From assembly GCF_009914755.1 (NCBI RefSeq), contig NC_060934.1: 64,000 bases of DNA; one strand, 5' to 3'. This document shows, in pieces, positions 43,122 to 58,969 of the stretch. This DNA comes from the human T2T-CHM13v2.0 reference genome, Homo sapiens. Position 1 is the first letter of the stretch. Every line of letters starts with the position of its first letter. The notes under the pieces are model-generated. The model saw only the letters and a list, made by a program, of their open reading frames with translations. It had not been told where the DNA came from and searched no databases. Position numbers and translations under genes: made by a program.

Positions 43122-44942
43122 ACAATGAGATCACCTGGACACAGGGTGGGGAACATCACACACTGGGGCCTGTCAGGGGATGGAGGGCTGGGGGAGGGAT
43201 AACATTAGGAGAAACACCTAATGTAAATTATGAGTTGATGGGTGCAGCAAACCAACATGGCACATGTATACCTATGTATCAAACCTACATGTTGTGCACA
43301 TGTACCCTAGAAATTAAAGTATAGTAGTAAAAGAAAGAAGAAGCTACTATTTTCAAGTATATTGGCAAGGTTTCTTTTTTTAAAAACAAATGCAACATAT
43401 ATGTATTCAACGAATGTTTACTCTGTATTCACTAAGGTGTTCAATTTTATATTGTAGAGCTATTTTCTTAGTCCTATAAAAGTGAAAGAATATTTACAGT
43501 AAAAACAATGTCTGTTCTTGGAAGATTAATAATATATAATACACTATGTAATTTCTCTTTAATTAAAGATGAAATGATAGCTTGTACAAACTATTTTTTC
43601 CCTAGTGAATTTTGCAGAGGAGAAAATATACAAAGAATATTCACTAACAATGAATGAGTAGTCACCTCTTCTGTAGAAGTATGATCTATATGCCCATGAA
43701 TTTATTATTTAAAGCAGTGAATAAAAATATAGCAAGAATTTTTCTGGTTCTTTTTTTGTTTGGCTTTGCAGAAGGTTGTGTGATTACTGCTCACAATTAA
43801 ATAATCCTGTCTGAGGCCATAGTGTTAAATCTTGTTGAAGAATTATAGATGTAAGGTCAGATATGGAAATAAAAGTCTTATATAAACATATGATATGAAA
43901 AAATTATAAATAAAATAACGAAAAGAAGCTATAACCAGACTTAACCCAAAGCAGCTATAGTAAGAATATTAGAGAAGATGTGTAAATGATCTTTGAAATT
44001 ACTAAGATTAAATATAGCACAAAATAATTAGAAAAGGTTCACAAAGTTTGTATTACTGTGACACGTTCCCATTACCCTGAATGCTTTACAGAATGCTAGG
44101 AACAACTATTTGCATGAAGCTCTAAACATAGAATGCCCGAAAAAGAAAATCAAAATGTTAGGTACCTCCCACATATGCACAATAACTAAACATTAAGCAA
44201 CTTCTTAAAAATGATTATTTCTCTGCTATTTATATTTCTGGTGAATTTAAGTGGCTAAAAGAACTTCATGAAGGCTTGAGCTTTTATGCCTAGCTACACA
44301 GCCTTTAAACTTTTAGGAAAGAAAAAAAATGCCAAATACCTTGTATACAACTTCCTACTGTTGAATCTCTTTAGACTTTGCTTCTGATGGAATGGGTTTA
44401 CTCTTTAAACACAGCAAAAGTCATTTGGTTCTCTCCTCAAAAATTTTTTTTTTCTGAAGTAGATGCACTTGAACTCAACAAATGCATCATTTTTAAAATG
44501 AGGTTAAAAGAAAGAGAATATGTTATTATAGAACAAGCACATTTAGAATATTATGTTTTGAAGGATTGTCACATAGTGAAGATTTTTCTTAACAGCTTCA
44601 GAGTATCAGCTTAACATTTGCTCTGAGGTGAGGGGTGGAATGTCCTGGTGTTAGCGTAAATGCTGAAATGCATTCATTTAAGAGCAGACAATTGGTGAAT
44701 TATTAGCAATTTCTATCAATCATTTTTATAGCCATCTTGAGATGCAAAGGGTGATTTCTATTTTGTTGGAAAATAGTAATACATGGGATAATAAAGGAAT
44801 TGATGTTTTACTAAAAGATACTTTGTTTGGTGCAAGCTTCTCTGGCTAACTCCATCTTCAGTCACCACAGGAAGTGTAGCACAATAAAATTTTGAAATGC
44901 ATTTTTAAAATTATAATTTTTTCTAGTTGTTCAGTTTCATTC

Positions 44943-44951
44943 ATATATATA

Positions 44952-44986
<35 letters not shown>

Positions 44987-45258
44987 GGTCTCCTTCTATC
45001 ACCCAGGATGGGGTACAGTGCCATAATCATAGCTCATTGCAACCTCAAACTCTTGGGCCCAAGTGATCATTCCACCTCAGGCTCCCAAGTAGCTAGAACT
45101 GCAGGAACTCACCGCCATGCCTGGCTGTTTTAATTTTTTATAGAGACAGGGTCTTGCTACGTTGCTCAGGCTGATATCGACCTCCTCGCCTCAAGCGATT
45201 CTCCTACCTCAGATTCCCAAAGTGTTGAGATTACTGGAGTGAGCCCCTGCACCTGGCC
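44943..45258 (-). mobile_element. AluJ-type SINE with (TA)n(GA)n tail
   Basis: Reverse Alu preceded by a compound microsatellite at 44943-44983. Confidence 0.9.
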
Positions 45259-47169
45259 AGTTTTCAACAGTTAAAGCCAGAATTTAAAGGTCAAATCTAT
45301 TGCCCCAGGGAAAGTAGAAAACAAACAAAATTCAGTGAAAACAAAATGTTAAATCATTGGCTTTCTACAGCCAAAGTAGAATTTTATAAATCTATAGTCC
45401 AGAGAACAGACTGAAAGTAGCAGCACATTTTGTTTGCAAAAGCTAGATTGGTTCAGAGGTAAAAGTTTCTCCTTTTAATTCCTGAAGTGGGACTTTGAAT
45501 ACATCAACAGCAAAGCCTTAAGGGGAAGAGAGTTTATGCTATAATCCATCAAGCAAGAAATGATACACTATCAACAGTTTCCTCCCCTGATATCTACATA
45601 CACAAGAAAAAGATTCAGAGAAGGGAAGAAGAGAGAAAAAGATATTAACTAGTTTTTCTGGAGAAACTGAGTTATAATGCAAAATCGATTGAATTTTCTA
45701 AATTGTCAAGATTAATTCTAGCTACCCAGTGTATATGAGCTAAGAGACTTAAGCTAAATTTAATTATAAAAAAAAGTTTCCATTTTTGCATACCTGGCTC
45801 CATAGCTATAAATTAAAAACACATTACATAGGCAACTACATAAATGTTCAACAAATAAAAACAAGAATACAGTAATTTTTCTTTCCCATTTACCCAACAT
45901 ACATGAAACTAAAAAGCAAATAGAATGCATTAGTGTGTGAGTTAATTGTTGCTTATCTATGTACTTACAGAATTTGTTTGTCAGGAGTTTGACTATGATG
46001 ATTGGTTTCCAAATTAAATAATATCCCACAGAAAGATCTAAGCAAAAACTAGCTTGAGAATACAGAGTATGCATACAGTTAAATGTAAAATGTAAAGTCC
46101 CTTCTTCCTCTTTACCTCCTAAATCCTTTCTTCTGTCTCTTCTTTCCAAAGTCTTAATATATGTTAGAAAATGTAGACGATATAAAAGATAAAGTACAGT
46201 CCCTGTCTGCAAAGGATTCACAATCTAGTAACCAGAAAATAAAGCACTTTGTATTTTATTGTCTTTTATTCCGCCCAATACAATAGTCAAAATTGTAGTC
46301 ACTTGGTAATTTTACAAAAGTTTTGTTAAACTTTAACAAAATTTGCCCAGTTTCTTTGCACTGAAAGCTGCTTATTCTTTCGCTTTTAGACAGCTCGAAT
46401 TTAGTTGACTTACTTTTGAAAATTATTGAAAGAAAAATAAAGTCCAATATTGCTATTTACAAGCCAATTATCAACAATACTTATACAAACTCTGCAGCAC
46501 TTATTCACACACAATTCTATAGAAGAACACACACACACGAAAAAAAAGAAAGTCATTGAAGGCTTCATATTTCTCTCAATATGTCTTAAGTAGGCTCTTG
46601 TAACAACTTGTGTAGTTGTTAAGAAATTTATCAAAGCTTGGAAACAGAAAAAATGGACTATTGCTTGTCCTTTTAATGTCCTGTTGAACAGACATTGCAA
46701 TCAGGCCCACCTGGCAAATATCTAATTCTCAAGGAGTGTGTATCTTTGTTCCACTTGCTATTAGTGTCGATCAGGATATTTTAAAACTCTGTAAGAGTTA
46801 ATGCTCTTTAAAAAAAAATTTGATGACCATGTAAATGATTCTTGTTACAAAAAGTGTTATTTTTGTAGAAAAGATAATCCTAAAGGCTATAGCTTCATTG
46901 CTCTGTAGGACATTAACCAGTTTTGTTTCTAAATGAGAAATTTTATTGAACCATTCTTTATCTAAATTTTTTAAACAAGGCTTATCATTTTAGCGCCTCT
47001 CAAAAATAAATTTTTGACACATGCTCATGTTAAATTTGTAAAACTCAGGCTTTCAAATTTATAAAATTATCCATAGACTGTACACCTTGACTTGGAAGCT
47101 ACTGATTTTTCAATTAGAGTGCTATCCAGAAGAAAAGATATAAAGCAAACATTTTATGTTAAATCATAA

Positions 47170-48640
<1,471 letters not shown>

Positions 48641-48899
48641 GATGTTCTTCAAACCTTCTACATTCAGTGTCAAGTCCATTTTAGACCTTAAATAAGCACT
48701 GTTCAGCTTCTAAAATAGGAATAAAAATATTCAATTACATACATTATTTACAGATGTCTACCAACAATGAAGTAGGAATTGTGAACATACTACAATTTTC
48801 TGAGAATATAACTAAGAAAAAGTTTGGTCCTATTCTTTCCCCAAGTTTCTAGCCTTCACACAGTAACACCTTCTGGTTGTCAACTGGTTTCTTGGAGTT

Positions 48900-49120
48900 T
48901 TTAACAAATACTGTTTGAGTCTCTCTTCTTTTCCAGGCACTGTGTTGGGTAACATATACATAAGATTTTGTTTAATTCTCATAATAATTCCAAGAGATAG
49001 ATCTGTTACATTTCATTTTTATAGTTGGAGCAAAATAGAGCCTTTGAGCTGATAAATATGTTCTCAAAATTCACAAAGTTATAGTAATTTGAGTCATAAC
49101 TCAAAATCAAGGTTTATCTA
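48900..49120 (-). mobile_element. MIR SINE
   Basis: ccaggcactgtgttggg...tttaattctcataataattc. Confidence 0.55.
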
Positions 49121-51009
49121 ACCTGCTAAGTTTCTATAAAAAATGCTAAAGTCTCATCTGACTTCAAGATAAGGTGATTCTATAATTATATTATTCAGCT
49201 ATTCCAAATGTATAATGGGAAGGGAAAATCATAGGTTTAAAATATTTTCTAAATTTTATAGAAATGGTACAAAAGATTGTTTATGCTATAGTAATCTATA
49301 GCTGAATGCATTATAAGTTTTCACATTAATTTTCATTGAGCATAAGATAATCATCTATGCATTTTAGAAGGATAATTTTAATTCTGCAAAGCTTACATTG
49401 ACTATGCTCTGGTAATGTTAACATTCTGGATCTGTAATAAGGAGCCATCATAGCTAGAGGGAACTTCAAGTATTCTAGAGACATCACCAGGAAGGTGGCC
49501 ATAGAAGAATAAATAAACAAATGAAGTTTAGTGCCTTAGCTACTTAGCTATTCTGGTGTAGGAGCTAAAGTCTAAGTTATTGCATTTTATGCCATTCTTA
49601 TCCTGACAAAATAAACAAACAGAAAAAGTGAAACAAACCTTAGGCATTCTCACTCAGACCATACTCTTTTCCATCAACTCCTCTACTACTGAGCTTTTTC
49701 ATGTTAATTGTCCCATTGCTTCCTCTCCCACAGACTGAGAACCTATTAACATCTAATAACAAAGCACTGGGTTAAAAAAAAAAAAAAAAAAAGAAGAAGA
49801 AATCTTTCAGGATATTACCAGACTGAGCATCAGGACTGTCAGCAGGAACAGACAGTAGTGAGCAATTCTCCCATATTATGCAATAAAACCATTCAAGTCT
49901 TGCACACTGGATGCTAATGTTGAATGCCTCTGTTGCTCGATTGTCTTATAAAAAAACAGTCAGTATTCAATCGGGTATTATTCCTTTCTCATAGTTCAAA
50001 ATATAGAACAACTTGAGTGTCCAAATATAAAATCTGTGCTTTTGGACACAGAAAAGCAAATCCCAGTACTGTTTAAAATAACCCCCTAGAGGTATATGAC
50101 ACATATAGCAGAAAAGAAACCCTAAACAAATAAAGTACAATAAATGCAAATGCACAGATAGAATGCAAATGTACAGATAAAATTAAGAATAAATGAGTTG
50201 CTGATAACCTGGTAAATTTTACTAAGTTTTTATTTATTTTTTCCCCTCAGAATAATAAGTATATACACAGCTCAATTATCTTTACTACCTTCGAAAATAC
50301 AGTATCTCTCCACGTGGGAAAAAAAGGCTAACAAAAGAGAAGAAGACTATTAGTAGATATACGTCTTAGGGAAGTTCACTTTCCTAGTCAATGAATTAAT
50401 TTTAAAGTCAAGTACAGCATTCTTTTGCTGAAATTCATTTTTCTCTTATATTTTGCTCAGAGGTGCACAAAAATTGTCAGAACAGATCCCTCTCTATGAG
50501 ACAAATTCTCTTCAGCATCATTTGTAATTGCTTCAAGGAAACCATAACTAAAAACTTGAATTTTCCACAGGTATGACAAAGGAGGAGTCCATGAGGTTAA
50601 AAGCAAACACAAGGTATGACTTTTTCCATGCCCAAATCGGTATCATTCACAAAATATTCTGTATCACCCTGATTGTTTTTATCATATGTAAATTGCTATA
50701 AAACTACATGGAATTGGACAACAAATTACAAAGACTAATAAAAAAATACAAGGCAAAAAGATATGGCTTAAAAGGTACCATGTTTTCAGGAATTCAATGT
50801 GGTTCATCTTACCTCAGATTTCCAAAAAGTCTGTACTTATTATTTACCTTTCCATGAAGTTTCTCCATGAACCTGCCACAAAGCTTTCTAGAAGATTCTC
50901 TAACAGATCCTAATCATAGCCATTCTGTAACCTCTGAACAAGATCCCAATTTCACCAGCATCAGTAATTGTTCTCTTAAGAGTTCTCTATTTCTTGATAC
51001 TCTCTGTAA

Positions 51010-51398
51010 TTTTTATTTATTTATTTATATTGTTTCAGATTCAGGGGGTTCATGTGCAGGTTTGTGTAATGGTGAGGTTTGGGCTCCTAGCATACCCATC
51101 ACCCACGTAGCAAAAATGGTACCCAATAGGTAATTTTTCAATTCTTGCCCCACTCCTACCCTTCCCCCTTCTGGAGTTTGCGTTGTGTGTTATTTCCATC
51201 TTCATGTCTACATGTACCCATTGTTTAGTTCCCACTTGTAAGTGAGAACTTGTGGTACTTGATTTTCTGTTTCTCAGTTATTTCACTTAGATTAATGCCC
51301 TCCAGCAACATTTATATTGCTGGAAAAATATATGATTTCATTCTTTTTAATGGCTGCATAGTATTCCATGCATATACCATATTTTCTCTATCCAATCA
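51010..51398 (-). mobile_element. Old L1PA (L1PA15/16-like) 3' end
   Basis: gattcagggggttcatgtgcaggtttg...cccacttgtaagtgagaac...aatggctgcatagtattccatg. Confidence 0.85.
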
Positions 51399-51898
51399 AA
51401 TAATAGAATACAAAGATATGTATTTATATACTATTAGCTTTCTAATTTAACTCTGAAAGCATATGCAGGAGCCAAAATCTTATTGAACTGAATAAACTAT
51501 ACTTATTTAGATATTAAAAGAGGGATACTAAAATTCCCTTTTAGTTATATTGAACCAGTTTTATCCTAATACATGGTATGTAATCAGGCAAAATAATTAA
51601 TGATGTAGTTTACTAAACTTAATTTTAAAAAGTATTGAAATAACTTAGTACAATTTTCAAGGATTAAAATGTTAAGAGAGTAATTATATTTTCGCCTCAA
51701 TTATAAATTGGGCATCCACATGAAAGTGACACCTTAGGCTTCTGACATGTATTAAAACCTTGTAAATGAACTCAGTTTACAGCAGATCTAGAAATGTTTA
51801 TGAGTAATTTAACCACAGCTTCCCAACAATTCATTGGAATAGTTATTAAGCATTTTAAAGAAATGAGTTTATGGATGGGTAGAGTTAGATCAGGAAAT

Positions 51899-51986
51899 AA
51901 TAGTTCCCAAATTATCACCCTCAAGCAATTCCATTTCTAGTAAATAGTCCCCAAATTATCATCCTCAAAGAAATTCCATTTCTAAT
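51899..51986. repeat. Imperfect tandem duplication, ~43 bp x2
   Basis: aatagt[t/c]cccaaattatca[c/t]cctcaa..aattccatttcta occurs twice. Confidence 0.85.
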
Positions 51987-54900
51987 AAAGAAGATGCTTT
52001 TCTATGCACACATAAGTTTACAGATTCATGTCAAAATAAAATTTAAACCACAGCTACTGATTGAAGTGAAACAATGATTTTAATTTATAATGCAAACTAA
52101 CCATTGGTAAACACAAATAATAACTTTATTTAATAGAATATAACAAACCAATATAAGCTTTTCACTTATAAAGTAATTAAATTACATAAAAAGATGCTTA
52201 TGACATAATTTTAAGTGAAAAAAATCAGGCTATGTATCTATTAAATAGGACCCTCATTTAAAATTCATATATTTATTTCTCTACAATATAGCATATAATT
52301 ACATACATTTTAAGAAAAATATATGGAAGGAAATTTCCAAACTCCTAATTGTAGTTTTCAATAAATAGTGGCATTATGAGTAGTTTTTATTTTTTAAAGC
52401 ATTGATATATTTTCCATAAAATAATATTGCATGCAGTAATATACATGCATTACTATTGTAAGATACTATTAAAATTATACTCTATCCTTGATTAGCCATT
52501 GTTATTAAACAGAGAACTCTTATAGCTAAGGCTTAGGGAACTAAGCAAACTACCATTTATTAACATTTATATATTGCTGAAGTAAATATAACATTGATAC
52601 CCACAGATAAAGCTTAACATCCTTAGTTCTTCCAGTATTGTTTTCCTCTCTCTCTTTGCCCACCAAATGATAGTAATTCCAAACTAATATTTTCTATTTA
52701 ATTAGTACTCATATATATATTCACATGGTATATTCATTCATTCAATATCTCTTTCATTGAATAATGATATATTCATTTTAATGAGTATTTGCAGAGTTCC
52801 TACTACAAGGTATTTTGTGAGGTGTAGAGAAATTTCAAGATAAATAACTCACTGTCTTTGCTTTAAAAGAACTCACAGTCTAGTCGTAGAAATAAGCAAC
52901 TAAAGAAATGACTCCAAGGAACATGATAAATGTCATAATGTACATGGGTAAACAATGCTAGACCATTTATTTTTCCAATGACATACTTACTTTTTCCACA
53001 TGTGTACATCATTGCATTATGTACCGTGAGTTGTCCCACTGGGATCAGACTGATCACAATGTGTATATCTTGGTCTTTATGAAAATAATTTTTTAAAAGT
53101 TTATTGTGTATTTACAAGTTCCTGGGTGATTGTGGGAGTAGGGGTGGGGCAATTTTCCTATCAAAATAATAAGTATATGTTTAATAGGCATTGCTGACAA
53201 CAGCTATTAAGAGTTTGAAGACAAGTAATTGACTTACTGTGAGAGTTATTACTAGAGTAATATTTATATAAAAGATATTTTAGTAAGAGAGTTTTATGTT
53301 ACATAACCAATTTACAAATATTATTTTATCACATGGCTTATTGTTTATATTCTCTTTCTTTTCTTTGCACATTTTAAGTATTTTCAGTTGGCTCTTTCAC
53401 AACTTGCAAAGTACAATTCGTGGCCTTTGTGTACAAGATTTCAGTTTTGTTTAGATCAGATTTATGAAAAGAGTGGCATGAAAATTAAAAATCTTCCCTG
53501 TTAAAGATAGGAACACCAATAGTTCTCTTATTTCCTAATTATGTGCTCAAGAACAAATTTTTTGTCTCATACAGAAACTTGGAAAGTGAAAATTGGCATG
53601 AATAGCAGTCATATGCCCAGCAGTTACAACGATTGCATGGGATCAGTGTAATGTATCTATGGTATTGTATTTAGAAGAAATTCTTGCCAGGACTCAAACA
53701 TGATGAAAGACAGTAACGCATAGAACACACAACCATATAATAAGGATCACAGTAGGAGAAACCAGTGGACGTACTGTAATGAGGCCAGTGATAATAAAAT
53801 CAGGAAGAAAGGTAACATGACGGCAAAAACACTGATAGAAATGAGAGGTACAGTATGGAAAAGATAGATAAAACATGAAACAGAACACTTTTTTTTAGTG
53901 CTAAGACTAAATTAAAATCAGAGAAATTATAATCTTCTCTTTTACTCAATTCAAGATCTTGAATGAAGATATGAAATTTCTTTTAAAAATGCAAAGAGTG
54001 CAGTTAGCCTACATAGCTTATTCTCCTTTTAGTTCTAAACCTCCACTGTCAGACCATCTAATCAAACCATCTTGCACAAATTCAGTGTTATTATCTCAGC
54101 AACCTTGCCTGGAAGGCCATTCCTTGCATTTAAGCATCTCTGCATGAAAAACAGATTCACAACATCTGGTCTGATTTCCTTTTACTTTAGTTTTCATTTT
54201 GTTGCCTCTTTGATTTTATTTCCTTTTCCAATCATGTCTGTTGAACTGAAAATAGTAATTTCACTGATATCTATGTTCTTTATTTCACTTCCTATTTTTA
54301 GGGTTAGAGGTCTACCCTGTTGCTTAAGGTTAGATGTAAAATAATAATCTGGGCGACTATAATTACCCTTGCTTTCTTCATACAATTTCAAATGTTGACA
54401 TAAGCTTTGTTTTCTTATAGTATTATTCACACCAGACACCTGAGTTAAAATTGACTGTGAATATTTTCTCAATGCTGTGTATCCATGGGCTCTGATTTAT
54501 TTTCCTTTCCTGCATCTGGTTGCCTCTTGTGTCTTCTGCACTAGTGAATTTTCAACATTTTAAGAAAGAAACTGATCACTTAGAACAATATTATTTTAAC
54601 AGAAAAAAACCACAAGAGATATATAATATTATAGCCTGAATGATAAACATAATACTTGACTTTGACAGTCAAGAGTAAGTAAATGCGTGCATATGGCACC
54701 CTACATTCCATCCTAATTTATTCTGTGGTATATGCGTGTGAAGTGAAGATGCTATATATTATAAAATCACATTAAAGGAACTAAATAAGAACTGGACTAT
54801 TTTTCTCACACTTACTCTGTCATCAGCTATCAAAGCCAAAATGCAAAATTCCTTTGTTCCTTATCCTACTATACAGATCTATGCTGTCATCTAAAAAACA

Positions 54901-56465
54901 TTGCTGTATAAGACCTAATATCATTATATTTTCAATGAATAGTTATATGTAGTGAATTTAATCATGTTCCAGTGATACTGCTTTCTCTATAACTGGCTTA
55001 TATGACATATGTTCAGCTCTTTAAGTGTTAATTTTTATAATTTGCTGTCAGGTGCCAAGAAAGAATATATCCCCTGATATGGATAATGTCACTTCTCTGT
55101 CCCAACAAACCTAAGTTTATGCCACTTGTTTATAAGTTGTTTATGTCAAAATTATCTCCTTGTCAAAACAGCAAACTTAGAAGATGAACTCCTAAATATA
55201 ATAATAATTTACAATGGCTTAAAAAAATTAAGATCCTAAAGGCATACACATATGCATATTCACACAGACATATATGTGTGCATACATACATATGCTTTTT
55301 ATAGCCTATTAAATTTAGTATTTATAAGAATAATCCTGAAGCTAAGAAGCTGATAAAAAATGAAAACAAAACAAAGAATCAAAACATGTTTACAAAGAAA
55401 ATATAAAAAATAGAAAAGAAGAATACAAATAAACCAACCATAAGGTTCAAGAGAATTACCATTAATATCCTACAGATTTGTCACTATGCTTTCTGGCAGC
55501 CAAGGCAAAAGAGAAACATAATCTGTTGGAACATGAGATAATTAGTAATTTTTATCATTTGCTTTTTATGTAACTTAAATATTCTCTTTGTCAAGCTCTT
55601 TTGCCCCAGTGGATAGCTTTGAAGAGCGTATATTATAAATGGGTTATTGACTGAGGGGCCTAATGGCAAATGAAATCAATATACCCACACTAAGCACTTC
55701 AAGCTGTCGATATTGGCATGTGTGAGAAAGAGTGATATATATAGATATAGATATATAGATATATACACATAATACACATATTCATAAGTGGCAGCTCTAT
55801 TTCCACCTCTCTCCCATGTCAATTCTATAACTGCATGTCATAGGTAATTTGGAAACAAAATCTCTGGTAGCTTTATCCCTCTCTTCCCTGCTATAATATA
55901 AACTTGTCTCATCAAGAAATGTTTGAGCTGACTCACTTTACTTATTTCTTTCAATAGATAGATAGCTATATCTATCAATTTTATTTTATTGCTGATTATT
56001 CAACTTTTGATACCTATTTTCTCTTCCAACAGCTTCATATAAAATCAAGGAACTCTTTGACTTCCCTATGAATGAATATGCCTTACTAGTATAATTGGGT
56101 GTGTCATATACAAAGACAACACAGACATAGAAATAAGCCTGGTACCTACTGTCTGATAAGTACTGGGAGTATTCTGAATTGGAAAATGGGGACTATGATC
56201 ATTCTGAAAAGACCACAGGTATGTCATAATATAGAGAAGCAATCAGATAAAGAGAGGCATTAACATATAGATAAATTATGTGGCCTTATTGTTGTTTGAC
56301 TAAATTATGAGTCCTTGAGTGTTGTTTTGGCTTTGCTGCTTACCAGTTCTATAAACTTAGATATAGTGTTAACCATAAACTTGCATTTCCTCATTAATAA
56401 AATGGGGTTAATAAGATTTACAGTCTCTGAGACAGTTGTAAGAATTAAATAAAAATATACATATA

Positions 56466-56736
56466 GTCCGGGAGCAGTGGCTTATTCCTATAATCCCAGC
56501 ACTCTGGGAGGCTGAGGCAGGGGATTGTTTGAGGTCAGGAGTTTAAGACCGGCCTGGCCAACGTGGAAAAACCTTGTCTCTACTAAAAATAAAAAAATTA
56601 GCCATGGATGGTGGTGTGTCCCTGTAATCCTAGCTACTCCAGAGGCTGAGGTGCAAGAATCACTGAAGTGGAGGTTGCTGTGAGCCAAGATCGTGCCACT
56701 GCACTTCAGCCTGGTGACAGAGCTAGACTGTGTCTC

Positions 56737-56740
<4 letters not shown>
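56466..56740 (+). mobile_element. AluS-type SINE with a small right-arm deletion
   Basis: Alu consensus; tail replaced by (CA)n. Confidence 0.92.

Positions 56741-56792
<52 letters not shown>
56741..56792. repeat. (CA)26 microsatellite
   Basis: Directly visible, uninterrupted. Confidence 0.97.
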
Positions 56793-56793
<1 letters not shown>

Positions 56794-56872
56794 CATAGTA
56801 GCTGGCATTTAGTAGGCATGCAAATATTGATTGAATTTTGATTTTACTTTTGCAAGTTGGTTCCATCATTAA

Positions 56873-57202
<330 letters not shown>

Positions 57203-57791
57203 TAGTGGTAAATAGAAATTTAGTTGTAAATAGATAGCTCCACCGATAGTGAGGTTAAAATGCTCAAAGTGGAAAATGCTCATGAGACAAAATAATAACT
57301 GATTTCATCTCACATGAATGTGAAATACCTCAGATAAAATTCATTTGTTCAATATAATGGTTATTATTTCATGCTGTATTTTATATTACTCATAATTCAA
57401 GGAACATAAGAAAGTAATCACTAACCCAACAGATATACAATATTAAAGAGACTGTACTGAATTAAATTAGTTGCATTTTTTATTATGAGAACCATTGATT
57501 AGATGCATAGAGTTTATTAATCCTCTGGCTGTTCAACCCTCTTTACCTGTATATTTCCCTGCTGACTGTGATTTCCTTGAGGAAAAACACTTTGTCTTCT
57601 TCATTTATTAAATGTTCAGTACCAAAAAGAGTGTCAGGAATACAATAAGCGTTCAATAAAAGTTGTTCAAATGAACCAATATCATACATTGGCTTTTTCT
57701 TACATTTTTATTTCATTAATTACTTTGTAAATTATTTTCAGTTTACTCATATGTCAATATATTAACAGTTAACAGAGACCTGAAATATTAT

Positions 57792-58928
57792 TGAGATAGA
57801 GCAGGGATACCACTTTTTAAAAGCCTATGGATCTCAATCATGGACATAAAGACAAATGCTGAGTTTCTAGGATGGAAATTCTAGGAACCTAGTTAGTCCT
57901 AGAAATAAATAAGGAAAATAAGGAACTTGTTAAACAAGAAGATAATCGTAGCCTAAAACAACAGCCAAGGAAGTTAGAGTTCCAGAGATGCTTGCTTTCT
58001 GCATAGAAACTTATGGTAACATCTTAATGTCACTGAGTTGTCTTTCAGAAACTTGGACCCCCACAGGGAACCCCCCACCTAAGGGATCCACTGGCATGAA
58101 GACCTCAGATAAGGGGAAGTGAAGACTGAACTTTAATCATCATATTTGTTCCAAGTTTTTTCCCGAGGGCCTTGGAGAAAGTCACTCCCCCTACCTAGTT
58201 AACATTTTTCTACTCACTCCAATTCTTAAACAAACTTCTCTGCCTTAACCAATTGCAAATCAGAAAATCGTTGAATCTACCTATGACCTGTAAGCCCCTG
58301 CTTCAAGAAATCCCACCCTTTTAGGCCTAAACCAATGTGTAACCTCCATGTATTATTTATGATTTTGCCTGTATCTTCTGCTTTCCTGACATTTACCCTT
58401 GCCTTTAGACAACCTTGTGTGCAAGCCATCAAGGAGATCAGGATTTGAGCATTTAGCTGCCTGGTCCTCCTTGCTTGGCACCCTGCAATGAAAGCCTTTC
58501 TTTCTATCACTATCCTGGTGTAGATATCTGGTATATTAGTCCATTCTTACACCTCTATAAAGACATACCTGTGACCAGGTAATTGATAAAGAAGAATTGT
58601 AATTGACTCACAGTGCCACATGGCTGGGGAGGCCTCAAGAAACTTAAAATCATGGCGGAAGGTGAAGGAGAAGCAAGCACTTCCTACATGGAGGCAGGAG
58701 CAGGGGCAACTGCCAAACACTTTTAAACCATCAGATCTCATGAGAACTGACTCACTATCATGAGAGCAGCATGGAGGGAACTGCCCCCATGATCCAATCA
58801 CCTTCCACCATGTCCCTCCCTCAACACATGGGGATTACAATTCAAGACGTAATTTGGGGGGAGACGAGCCAAACCATATCACCTCGTTTTACTGCACAGG
58901 GTGAGCAGACCCCAGTTTGGTCCTAAAA
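57792..58928 (+). mobile_element. MER39-like ERV1 LTR, interrupted by THE1
   Basis: tgagatagagcaggga...gtagcctaaaacaacagccaaggaagttagag...cagaaacttggacccccac matches the recalled MER39 consensus. Confidence 0.75.
58532..58881 (-). mobile_element. THE1D-like solo LTR nested in MER39
   Basis: tattagtccattct...catggctggggaggcctc...gagccaaaccatatca. Confidence 0.87.
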
Positions 58929-58969
58929 CGGTATTTGCAAGACAGCTACTGTACAATCCGCTTCATTAA

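Larger units (their letters stand above)
37190..43337 (+). mobile_element. Full-length LINE-1, L1PA6-like, inactive
   Basis: 5'UTR with YY1-type site CAAGATGGCC, ORF1 and ORF2 remnants, 3'UTR and A-rich tail; 18-bp TSD aagaagctac[c/t]attttca (37172-37189, 43338-43355) at a TT|AAGA endonuclease-type site. Confidence 0.97.
56300..56830 (+). mobile_element. MIR interrupted by an Alu
   Basis: tttcctcattaataaaatggggttaataa before the Alu and cagcatagtagctggcatttagtagg after it. Confidence 0.65.

Noticed and set aside
43143-43200. G-rich tracts in L1 3'UTRs (also 20615-20670) as a special G-quadruplex element
   Set aside because: A standard feature of L1PA 3'UTRs.
37190-43337. Retrotransposition-competent L1
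   Set aside because: Multiple stops and frameshifts in ORF1 and ORF2, and the RT catalytic FADD is mutated to FAYE.
45760-46221. 153-aa minus-strand ORF (also the 148-aa ORF at 61534-61980 and the 144-aa ORF at 13317-13751)
   Set aside because: No recognisable protein family, composition typical of AT-rich noncoding DNA, partly overlapping repeats, and no supporting exon structure.
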